From Octopus bimaculoides (taxonomy: Eukaryota), in contig NC_068981.1 in NCBI RefSeq assembly GCF_001194135.2, positions 27,158,501 through 27,195,230 of the forward strand: 36,730 nucleotides of DNA, given 5' to 3'. Below, piece after piece: positions 11,370-22,810 of this stretch. Both the position numbers and the translations under genes were made by a program. Position 1 is the stretch's first letter. Every line of letters starts with the position of its first letter. The notes beneath the pieces were generated by a model. It had not been told where the DNA came from and did no database searches. It saw only the letters and a program-made list of their open reading frames with translations.

Positions 11370-12268
11370 GCCAAACCAATTAATGAAGTACGGTATTAAC
11401 GAAACCAAGGACGTTCATTGTGATCCCCATCATTATGACTTTCATCAACAGTTATCATTTTCCCTCTTAGTCACCGTATATGGTTTATACAATCTTATGG
11501 TCTATTTTTCTCTTCATCTGAATTCCTACTAATGACACCTTTACTGGTAATTTCAAACATACGAATCCAAGGAAACTTGTGCAACCTGCATAGACAGGAA
11601 CAATAATGGAGCATGAATTTGTAACACGTAAATAAAACAGTAGATAAGGTTGCCTTGGTGAATGGGAAAAAGAGAAAATTACAAATTTAAGTGTCTGTTA
11701 GAAGGGATACTTATTTGGCACCGCCCATTTCACGTGCTTGATTCGACGCCGATGTTTTAACATCAGACGTTTCAATTCTTTTTCCTTTTAATGTTTCTCT
11801 CGTTCTCTCCCAACTCTCTCACGCACTAACTTACTCTCTCTCTCTCTCTCTTTCTTTTTTCTATATATTTGAGCATATTTCGCCTTATGTGAATGAGGAG
11901 ACGGAATATTTATGGGTCAATCGTGTCCATGTAATAAATTGTATTGCATCTCTTTCGCCCTATTTCTATGTCTCACTCTATCTCCATATGTATATTCGTG
12001 CGCGAATGTGTTGGACTTCAGTGTCCAAAATACTGTCGCCCAAAACAGGTTCAATGTCCGTGCCATACAACGTATCATTCTGTCGGTCAGAATACTTTTT
12101 ATTGCGGATAACCTGAGCTTTTCTATTTTCCAGTGGCCACCGAATATATCAACAAAAGCCTTCTTTGCAGTCACCATTACTAATATAACTAATTTTAACA
12201 AGAGCAAAACATATGTAATAATATATCGATAAATAAGGATACGTGGAAAGAAACTAGAGGATCATATT

Positions 12269-12269
<1 letters not shown>

Positions 12270-12301
<32 letters not shown>

Positions 12302-12345
12302 AGTCAACAATGTTATTATTATTGTTATTATTATTATTATTATTG

Positions 12346-12406
<61 letters not shown>
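12270..12406. repeat. (ATC)n + (TTA/TTG)n compound trinucleotide repeat
   Basis: Direct reading of the sequence. Confidence 0.97.
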
Positions 12407-12407
<1 letters not shown>

Positions 12408-13261
12408 ACAGTAATTCTTATTATTTTTGCGTCAAGACGACAACAGTGCACCTAAAAGAAAAATCAAATACTACAGCAAATAAACGGGCACATGAAAACA
12501 GCCCTAAAGGCTTAGCAGTTTTCGTGTGTTGCTTAAAGAAAACAAATCAGCCAATATCGAAAATATAACACAAGGAAGAAAAGATAGAAGGAAATACACC
12601 AAATAAAACAAATTATAAAAGATAAGAGGCAATCCTTACGAAAAAATATATAAACTACAATTACAAAGAAAAAAAAACATGACAAAGGCAATACATGATA
12701 CACAGGAAATTAAACGTGAAGATTTAGAAAAGAACACTTGTGTAATTCAAGAAATTAGTGGGAGGAAATATTTAGAAATGGCACACTTCTCGAATTTTTT
12801 GTTTTAATGTTCTTTATATTTTTATGTGAGGCAACACCAGTGGTTGTGTGAAATGTGTGAAATGAAGACGTTGGTCGACAAAGCGTATTGTTCGGCAGGT
12901 AGGTACTATTAAGCACATACATGTACACACGTACACATGCACGCGCGCATATACACACAGACAGATAAACACTCGTAAATATAACCAAATACTAACACAC
13001 GTATTATATTTCCATATGTATATTTATATGTGTATGATATGTATATGTATGTATAAACATACACACACATATAAATAATATAAGTGGCCTGTCAGCAATT
13101 CAAACCTGGAGGCAAATTTATAAACAAGAGTACAAAATAGTACCAGCGTTGCTAGAAACAGGAGTCAAATTCCACTCGAAAAGCCACAAAAAGCACTAAC
13201 TCAATAAGAAGACGAAACAGAGGAAGCTTTAAGGCTCTTTACACAAAGGAAGTAACCGATA

Positions 13262-13757
13262 AGGCAAAGCCGTGGCTGTTTGGTAATAAGATTACTTTTC
13301 AACCACATGCCTTCGAGTTCAATTCTACTGAGTGGTACCTTCTACTCTAGCCATGAGTCAACGAAATCTTTCTGAGTTGAGTTGGTAGACGGAAACTGAA
13401 AGAAGGTCATCGTATATATCTGTGTGTGTCTTTGTGTGTGTGTGTGTGTATGTGTGTGTGTGTGTGTCTTTGTGTGTGTATGTGTGTGTGTGTGTGTGTC
13501 TTTGTGTGTGTGTGTGCGTGTGTGTATTTGTGTATGTATGTGTCTTTGTGCCTGTAATAGTCCTCTACCATCGCTCGACAACTGGTGTTAGTGGGTTTAC
13601 TTTCCCGTTACTTGGTGATTCGGCAAAAAGATATCGATAGAATAAGTGCTAGGCGTCAGAAAATAAGTTCTGGTGTCGATTTATGCAACTAAAGCTCTTC
13701 AAGGTGGTGCTCCTGTATGGCCGCACTCAAAAGTGACTGATATAAGTAAAAGGTATA
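13262..13757 (+). mobile_element. tRNA-derived SINE family B, near full length, with an internal (TG)n-rich tract (13417-13545)
   Basis: A-box-like tggctgtttgg (13273-13283) and B-box-like gagttcaattcta (13315-13327). The 3' part ttcaaggtggtgctcctgtatggccgcactcaaaagtgactga matches the reverse complement of 35365-35410 and of 29385-29430. Confidence 0.8.
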
Positions 13758-13883
13758 TATATAAATGGTAGTTTCTCGTGTCCGAAAAAGACGGTTCTGC
13801 AACCTCTTTCTGATCAACAAATAATTTGTTTATAGTGATCAAATATGTATGCTGTACATCACTTCGTATATCAAGTGTTGAAG

Positions 13884-14001
13884 TGACCGCAAAGTTGCGT
13901 AACATGAGGTGTTTTGCTCAAGAACACAATTCACTACTCGGTGCAGGAAGTGAAATCATGACATGGTGGTTTAAACACCCAAACCACTAGGCCATACAGC
14001 C
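13884..14001 (-). mobile_element. tRNA-derived SINE family C, 5' head fragment
   Basis: The - strand reads tggcctagtggtttgggtg (A-box 13984-13994) ... ttgtgttcttgagcaaaacacctca, matching gtgtttattgagcgaaaacacctaaa of the 20674-21057 copy. Confidence 0.65.
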
Positions 14002-16119
14002 TCTCTCTCTTTCTCTCTCTTTCTTTCTCTTTATGTATGTATCTATCTATCTATCTATCTATTTATCTATCATACACACACACTGTTAAATACATACATA
14101 TATATCATGTGACCGACTAAGCTATCAAATATTACTTATTGGTGGTCAAAATGTGATTTTGCATTGTCTTAGCCTTATACATACACACATGCGTACATGT
14201 GTGTGTGTGTATGTGTGTGTGTGTGTACGTGTGTGTCTTTAGATGAGGTAAACCACTTATTTTCAGATGGATTCTTTAGCATGTTTGCTGAATGTTATAC
14301 CTGAAAATGTATCTGATATTTTAGTTCTATACGATTGTTTGAAGAGAATCTTACTTTCATTTAAATATTAATAATTATTGGCAATATTATGTTGTATACG
14401 CTATTAAAGTATGACTTAAATCATATTACATTGATTCTGTGAGCTATGTCAGTCTCAGCGTTGAACAAAAAAGAGACAAATTATAGTAAACCAAAAGAGT
14501 TGCTTATTTTCTAGGCATGCAGGTATATTTAAAATGATTTTTAATGAAAGAGAGAGGGCCCTGTCCATAACCTGTTTTAGCGCCTCCGGGTCATTGAGCT
14601 GGGTAGAAGGTGTTCTCAGATCGGATGCCTGGCCGAATGACTTCCACAGGGTGAACTCCGATAAGGGTGGAGAGTGTTAAAGAGGTTGTGTGCTTAACTC
14701 TACCAATCAAAAGTTAAGTCGGTTACAATTTTGATCTACAGAATCTGTTATATATTATTTGTGCAAAAATCTATCCTTGGGCTATTGAAAATAGCTCAAA
14801 TTAAATTTCTGGATGTTTTGCTTTGTTAAATGAGGAAGTCCTCAGTTTATATTTGCAGAAATGCTTTCACCTTATCACTTCGGATTTCAAATCAGTGGTC
14901 AAATTAATATCTGTTTCCATCAGTGTATATAATGAATACTTTAGTTAAATATAATATTATTGGTAAGATAAATTTTCTCACACATCGTTAACACTTTCCG
15001 TTTACGTTGTTTCAATGGGAACGTAAATGTATGCCTATAGTTGTTCCACATAACTGTGATGAATATCTATGTTTGTAAAAGTTACCAAAAGATATGATAA
15101 ATCTAACATAATTTTCTATAATGAAATAATAAATAATCATTATATTCCTCAAGTGGTGTCCCCTAAAGACGGTGAATATAAAGATGATCATATCGTCATA
15201 ATATTTGGCGGGATTAGAATTTTTAATTTAATATCAAGGGATAAGGAAATGGATGCATAAAATACACATATTTAATTTTTCTTGTTGCATACTTATTATG
15301 ATCTTCTTCGACTTTCTTATTAGTATTAATATTGTATGGTAGTATTTAATTCTTCTTTAAAATCATCACCATGATATAGCCTGAGATATGTTAGTTAAAT
15401 ATTTTGAGGCGAGACATTATTTATTGATGAAAACAGGCCAAAAAGTGTTAGCTGTTGCCACAGCTGTTATTGATGAGGAATTTTCGCCCAGGTCTTACTC
15501 GAACAAATAACATGATGATCTGATCACCACGTCTCTTCGCATATTAGGAATAAAACAAATATTGCATTTTAAGCTAGACGAGTGCGATTTAGTATCTATT
15601 TTCAGCAGCTTCAACCAATATGTGTAACTTGTCTCCTTTGCGTTAATTTGTCCATTTTGTAGATTTCCATGCTTGAGGATATTTCTTGTTATTTTTGATT
15701 CAAGGATTTTTTTTTTTAATGAAATTCACGTTAAAGTGCAATATTCTGTACTTCCTTACGAAGGGAAATACATGTAAATGCTATACTTCAGATACATCGT
15801 ATACTGTTGAAGTTTAGCTCACTGTATGTTCCACTCGTGACCTTCACATTTTCGTAAAGGATTATAGCTACTATGACAAGCGCTTCTTTCGGCTGAGAAG
15901 AGGCTATCTCATTGAATCGATATTATATGTATCAGATCACTATTACATTTAGACAAAACTCGATTGATTAAGTTAAAAGAAATATCAATACTTCGGCTGT
16001 TACGCAATCGCGCTTTTTGTGGTTGATAATCCAAGTTAAGACCAGTTTCTTTAACTTATTTGTAATTGTTCTTATGAAACCCATAAAAGTAAGATCTCAC
16101 TAACTTATTAATAATTGCG

Positions 16120-16470
16120 TCTGGAAGGAAGAGATCTCTCTTCAATTAGATGTTTTGGGTTCGGGAAGAATTAGACCACAAGAATTAGTGCAGAGACTAG
16201 GAGGTTGAATTTGTAACGTGGACGAAAAAAAGAGAAATGACAGGGTTTTGAATACCTAAGTGGAAGTAGTGCGAGACAAGCTATCTCTGTGAAGCAGTAG
16301 CCAGTATAGTAGCTCTAGAAAAAGCCGTTTAAAGAGACAGGACATATGAGAGCAATCTGTTTCATTGTGTTTTGAAACGGCCCACCGACAATCATTCAGA
16401 TAAAATATTTTGGAAGTAGGGAGGTAGTTGCAAAGTCTCTGAGGTCAGAGAAGTATTCTATTATAAAACT
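16120..16470 (-). mobile_element. Probable CR1/L2-group LINE ORF2 C-terminal remnant (highly decayed)
   Basis: One - frame (16383 to 16261) reads GPFQNTMKQIALICPVSLNGFF*SYYTGYCFTEIACLALLP. This resembles, from memory, the post-RT L..LSHRR.V.SL.LFYRYY.G.CS.ELA motif of CR1-group LINEs, and a degenerate SFFPRT-like word follows near 16170. Confidence 0.45.
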
Positions 16471-16689
16471 TATTTGACTTCTTATGATAATTTATTGCAA
16501 TATGGATAGTTTAAAAGTGTAGAATAGTTTGATAAGAATTGGAATTATTGTTCTAATAATCTCGTAAATATTGATTTCTTCCATAAGTACAATGACTAAA
16601 ATATACCAGTAAGGAAATTTCGATTGTATTTAACTCAATTATCAACATGTATTATATTTTATAGACCCCCTTAAGAATAACAGGCCAGT

Positions 16690-16785
16690 CAGAATCCGAT
16701 TAGAATTGAACTCAGAGCGTAAAAGGCGTAACTAAATAATATAAGACATTTTAACAGACATGTGACTAAATCTTCCAAAAGCAAT
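16690..16785 (-). mobile_element. SINE family A head fragment
   Basis: The - strand reads ggaagatttagtcac...ccttttacgctctgagttcaattctaatcgg, matching the family A B-box region. Confidence 0.55.
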
Positions 16786-17104
16786 ATGACATTACTTTAA
16801 AGATATGCTTCTTGTTCTTATAATATTCACTGTGTTGATTTCAAGTAATATTACCATCAACTTTTCCCTTCATATACTATTTTATATGATAGAACAAGGA
16901 AACTTAAAGTACTGAAGGTTATTCAATAACAACATCATTCATTTCAACAGAAATGACTTTTCGAAGTTGTATTTATTTTAGAATATAATGCATACATGCA
17001 ATCAGATATGTTTGTGCATATATATATATATATAAATGGAGTGGGGTGAGTGTGCAAATATTCATATACCTGTGTGTGCACGGATATACATGCAGAAATA
17101 CATG

Positions 17105-17135
<31 letters not shown>

Positions 17136-18619
17136 TATGCGTATGTATACATACATTCACATATATATCATATAATGTGTGTTTGTATGTATGCATGCAT
17201 GTATGTATGGATGTATGTATGTATGTATGGATGGATGGATGTATGAGTGTGTGTTTGTGTGTGTATTATGATTCATAATATACAGAATTGTATCACGGAT
17301 GAATTTACTTTATTCCGTGAAATATCGTATTGTATATTTCTGCCATTGTTTATTCTTACTGCTTTATCAACTACATTCATCATACAAAGTAGATTTTAAG
17401 CGTCGTAAATGCAATATTTCCTATCGTATTTATTCCAATTGTTAAAGTGTTTTAAAGAATTGAGTTTGAAAACAAGATGATAGCACGAATAATGAATTCT
17501 GAAGCATCTCATAGGACGAAACGCATTATGTTCAAGCTATTATAATCCATGTTATTATCAAAATGATAATGCGGGTAAACCATTTCCTTTATATGCTATA
17601 TGTACATGCATTATTTTTCTTAAAATGAAATGAATTATTAGAATTGATAATATCATTATATGACAAATAATATCAAATAGGTATATTTTGGTTCAAATGT
17701 AAATTTGCCTTATACAAAAATAATTTAATAAATATATTTAAATATTGATGTTATTTTGTGTCGTTTAAGTTAACAAAATTTGCTTTTACACAATTTAAGT
17801 TATCCACCACAATACGAATTAACTTCAAAGGAAATCTGATGAATCCGCTATAGACTGAATATTGATAATCTTTCAAGGAGGATCAGAGAATATGTAAGGC
17901 TTCTATACAATACGTTAAAATTCTATTAAAAGTATGTTTCGTAAGGAATTTATTAATACAATAAAAGAATAATTCTTTATGAGTTCACAAAAACATAATT
18001 TAGAAACCTGCTACCTGACCTACCAGATAACACACATACATGTATCCACATATGTATAAGCATACGTATCTCCCTGTCCATTAATCTCTCTCTCTCTCTC
18101 TCTCTGTTTTCATATATATATATATATTTCAAATACGAATTTGTCGAAATACACATTGAAATCCACCGCATCTACACCTACGTTATCTCTGAGTTTGTGT
18201 GGCAGTATGCTGAACAGTTGTGACCCCTTTATGTAATCTTAACTATATCAATATTGCCCTACAAACACTCTTACCGTGTATGTTACGTATATCGTAAAAA
18301 TTGAGAAACAAAATAAATATATGACTTACAATACATAAGTACGACGGTTTGCTTTTAACCATATGGTTCACTATCCTCGATGTGGAATAGTTAAATATTT
18401 CATGTCAGATAGTTAATGTGTCACAAATAGAGGATGTTGCTGTATTTCCAGCTAACCTTTGTGAGACAACTTACTTAGACAATTTATGGTGCATGTTCAG
18501 TCGAACTGGAGATTTTATCTCGTATTCTATATCTTATCCCTTCATGTATTTCTTTTCTATGCAGTTTAATAAAAGTAATCAACCAATTTAATAAACGATC
18601 CCTAAACCCTACAAATCTC

Positions 18620-18862
18620 TATATGAGGGTTGGCCAAAAGTCACCTGAAAGTAAGGCAAAACCATTTAAATCCAAGATTTATCTATGTTTAACATCTGAA
18701 TGAATTTAATAGGAGCATTTAAATATGAAACATCATGAAAATTCTTCAAACTGAAGTCCTTCTTGAGCGTCACATTTTTCTATTCGAATCAATACAGAAT
18801 TACAGATAGTAATTTATGGAATTTTGATTTACTGTCGAACGACTTATGGCCAAACCTGTGTA
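18620..18862. mobile_element. Tc1/mariner-type MITE (~240 bp)
   Basis: Left TIR tatgagggttggccaaaagtca (18622-18643) versus the reverse complement of the right TIR 18840-18862, tacacaggtttggccataagtcg: about 17 of 23 match. Both ends begin with TA; no coding capacity. Confidence 0.7.
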
Positions 18863-20419
18863 TCATATGCATGAACTAAAAAAAAAAGGACTTTAATGAT
18901 GACGATAAAGAAACGGCTACTGTAGTATGAACACCGATATGTATTCTGTCAACACATGATCAAGTGAATCTGCCATTCACTGTCTGATGAGGAAACAGGT
19001 TTTCTTTGATAAGTATCTGAAGAAAAAGAAAAGAAGATTTCCTGTTTACTTTCATAAATTTTACTTTCAATGCATGCCATTACACCTATAATTGTCAACA
19101 GAACACCAGTCGAACGCCTGGGGTACAAACAAATCGAGTGATGCTTCTAGGTTTTAAACTGAAAGCTAATATTATAAGATTAAACTTCTTTTGATGATTA
19201 AAATTCATTAAACTTTGCCAATGTGAATTTCCTAGAAGCATTTATTGCTTCTATAATAAAATATATACTTTCATTTCTTTCAGTTATGACCAGTAAATTG
19301 TCATTGATTTTATCTTCATCTATGTAAAACTTTCTTTCAATATGCAATACAAACTAATAACACTATATTCACATTAACTATTGAACAGATCACTTCGGTT
19401 AGATTCCTTTTTACAATATGAATCACTCAAATGATATGCAAGAGATGCTCAATAGATATCCATGAATAGAAAACCTAGAGCAACAAAGTCAAGAAGACTA
19501 AAGGATATATGTGTAGGAATTACATAAAAGATGTGAAGTAAATTTGTTTTATAATAGAAAATAATTCTTTAAGAAATGCTGGCAATGCAAGTTACAAATA
19601 TATGAAATAACTTATTGTGTGCTTTCCGTTAATACCGCAAGCTTGACATCACAGATTTTTTAAACCTTGTAAACCTAACTTTCGTTAAAAGAATATTGAA
19701 AGTTATTATATTACACTATATACTTAGATAGACATTTGGAGGAGTCTCATTATGTTCAAACAACGGTATGACATCTCTGTCTATCAAACTGCTAAAATAA
19801 GAACCATATTCCTCAATTCGCACTGTCATCTTTAAATGAAACTTACGCAGTAATGGACAACCTGAATGCTTTAGGCATGTAACAAACTATTGAAAATATT
19901 TCTGCAGTGACGAAAGGACTAACGCTTATTCGAGTATACAATATGATGTAAATGAAAAAGATATATACTTAGAAAACTAGCTGACATTTTCATAATTTGT
20001 ACGCGGGCAATATGAGAGGAGCCGCACAGATTACTTCACTTGGTTTGGTCTAACAGATACAGGTATTCAGGATATCAACTGTGCTTATATTGTCTCCTTC
20101 AAAGTGAAAAGAGACTTAACAACAATAATTGCTCCCACTAGATATGAAATCGCACCACATCAAAAGGCACCATCATACAGCTATGGAATACCTATTCTTT
20201 AAAAATATTAGCAATATATACGTTTTTAATTCAGAACCTCATTTTTATAAATAAGCTAATAGAGCAGAACATTGAAGTTCTTTCAATATATAAAGCAAAT
20301 AACTGAAGGTAAATGGGATTTTATTAATTTCAGCTTATTTAGAAAATTGTCATTACATAAACGTAGATAATCTACGATTCGCTTTCATTATTTTATGCTT
20401 TGCAACATTTATCCAACTT

Positions 20420-20662
20420 CGGCCAAGCTGTAGCGGCACCTTGAAAAATTTTAACCGATCAAATCGAACTTTTTAAATGTTGAGAGATAGAAACACGCGT
20501 TTATATACACGATGGACACCTTCACAGTTCCTCAATGCATTAGTCGATCCTGATATTTCGTAGATATGGAGGAAGAAAATGATCTTGAAGTACCGTGCAG
20601 TAAAAATGAGCCCAAAATCACGAGGTTACTAAGTCAACTTGTTAACCACACAACCACACTTA
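20420..20662 (-). mobile_element. SINE family B, old degenerate copy
   Basis: The - strand reads gtgtggttgtgtggttaacaagttgacttagtaacctcgtgattttgggctca (head) ... ttcaaggtgccgctacagcttggccgaag (tail), paralleling 13262-13757. Confidence 0.6.
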
Positions 20663-20673
20663 TATTAGTAAAT

Positions 20674-21057
20674 GTTGTTGTTGGCACTCCGTCGCTTACG
20701 ATGTCGAGGGTTCCAGTTGATCCGATCAACGGGACAGCCTGCTCGTGAAATCAACGTGCACGTGGCTGAGCACTCCACAGACACGTGTACCCTTAACGTA
20801 GTTCTCGGGATATTCAACGTGACACAGTGTGACAAGGCTGACCCTTTGAATTACAGGCACAACAGAAACAGGAAGCAAGAGTGAGAGAAAGTTGTGGTGG
20901 AAGAGTACAGCAGAGTTCGCCACCATCCTCTGCCGGAGCCTCGTGGGCTTTAGGTGTTTTCGCTCAATAAACACTCACAACGCCCGGTCTTGGAATCGAA
21001 GTCGCGATCCTATGACCGCGAGTCCGCTGCCCTAACCACTGGACCATTGTGCCTCCT
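20674..21057 (-). mobile_element. Full-length, young tRNA-derived SINE (family C) with a 9-bp TSD
   Basis: A-box TGGTCCAGTGG (21036-21046), B-box-like CTTCGATTCC (20992-21001) and 3' tail ...cgacggagtgccaacaacaac. Perfect direct repeat TTAGTAAAT at 20665-20673 and 21058-21066. GC- and CpG-rich relative to the flanks. Confidence 0.92.
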
Positions 21058-22712
21058 TTAGTAAATATTTCTAACTTAAACGTACTCGGCGACATAAAGA
21101 GGCTACGTGATTGTGATAAATTCATATTTTTTAAGCGAAACGCTATATGGAATAGGAAGTTTTATTCATTTATTTTATTTATGTATATACTTATAAATTC
21201 CATTCGCTATTTGTTAGTTGTGGGTGGACCTTACCTTCTATTCTACACCAAATTCAACATTGTGACTAATGACTTACACTCATTGTTATATATGAGAATT
21301 ACACAGAATGACCTTTATAAATGACATATATCTGTAGGAAAGCATGCAGATTGATGACAGATTGAAAACGAAGTGCGCATGCTTCGCTACACTACCGATG
21401 GAAATTGGCGTGAAGTGTCAACTTTAACCATCTTACTTGACATATCTTAAAGTATTACGTACATATAACTGATTCCTGTCACTTTTAAGCTCTTTAACAT
21501 TTGCCAAAACTATATATTTTGTTCATATATAAATCCGTATTCACATACACACACATTTATATATGGGGAAAGAGAGAGAGAGACAGACAGACAGACAGAG
21601 AAAGAGAGAAATAGCTTGATATGTATGTATCTATCTATATGCATATTGGTCTGTATGTAACTTGATATGTAGGAAAATAGTTTTTCACTTTTGCTTTTAA
21701 TTTGTGGTAGCCCACCCAACCCTAATTCATTGATATTTTTTTGTTTTTGCTTCGTTTAATATCTATACACCACACATTTTACACTATGAACCACATGTTT
21801 GCAACCACATGTAAATATTTATATGTATTTTCTTTTCTCAGATATCGCTAGAGGTCAATGAGGAAATAGTCTGCTATTAATACGGAAGTACCATCAACCG
21901 CAGTTTTTCGATTGGTATAATATTTACTCCTCTTTAGCATGAAATAAATTGTTTTTGACACGACATTTAAACCACTTGCAGAGTTTAGCTATTTGGAATC
22001 ACACAAACTTATATTGTAAAAATTATAATCTCTCCGAAGTTTAGAACTGGGTTTCGTAACAAGAAATACTAAAGTTAAGATTACATAGTGGCTTGAAACA
22101 TAGCAAAGCATAAAACCAAATCATGCTGATATTGAAATAGTTAATGAATTTTAGGTATCAACGAACAAAATATTTAGTGTCATCTAAAAGATTTTTCAAA
22201 CATATTTCCAACATAACACCAATACTACGTGAAGGAAATATATGTGTGTGTATTTGCGCGTGTTTATGTGAGTATTTGCGTGTTAAAGTCTATTGTCGAT
22301 AAGCCATATAAGTTTCTTCTTAGATCGACACTTTCTCTTAGCGTATGGAGAGGCGGTGTATTCCAGAGAAACATTGATCCTTAACATATTTTTTGGCTAA
22401 AATCATGGAAACACCCCGTGACAAAACTCAAGTTGAATTACAGGTATAATCCGTGGAATGGGCTGTTACACTCAGTGTTCTGACTGTAGAAAGATAATGA
22501 AACCTGCGAGCCTAATTAGAAGGCAAACTTTAATGATATTACGTTAGAACCACTCTTAGACGTGAATGATGCATCTGAGAAACTCTAGTAATGTGTCCAG
22601 AATGAATGTTAGCATGAGACCCAGAAAATTTGCTTTCGGGGACATTTGAAGTTCATAGTCAAACGTGAAATATTTCTTAGGCCGAACAAAGATTTTAGTG
22701 ACACAAACGTTT

Positions 22713-22810
22713 CACGAGCGGTTGAATGAAAAGTAAAGACGAATGTTTATGGCTACGAATAGTTGCTAAAACATCAAGAAATTTGAGATTTATAGTATTA
22801 CTCTCCCCCA
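22713..22810 (+). mobile_element. Possible solo mariner-type terminal sequence
   Basis: cacgagcggttgaatgaaaagt resembles the TA-CGAGGG...TGAAAAGT terminus seen at 34589; no partner TIR found. Confidence 0.25.

Noticed and set aside
18590-18612. Telomere-like CCCTAAA
   Set aside because: Fewer than two full units; chance.
18970-19010. CTGATGA-G-GAAAC hammerhead-like word
   Set aside because: No stem II and no stem I pairing.
19720-20200. Possible LINE endonuclease relic (GGVSL, LIRVYN) or C-type lectin-like WFGLTD frame
   Set aside because: Isolated short motifs in different frames with no supporting spacing, cysteines or splice sites.
20980-21057. tRNA gene
   Set aside because: No acceptor-stem closure or Pol III terminator; it continues into a SINE body bounded by a TSD. 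The same applies to 36170-36245.
22330-22450. Exon with Kozak ATG (METPRDKTQVELQ) ending CAG/GTATAA
   Set aside because: Only generic splice-like words and an upstream ATG; nothing recognisable. Too weak to report as a feature.
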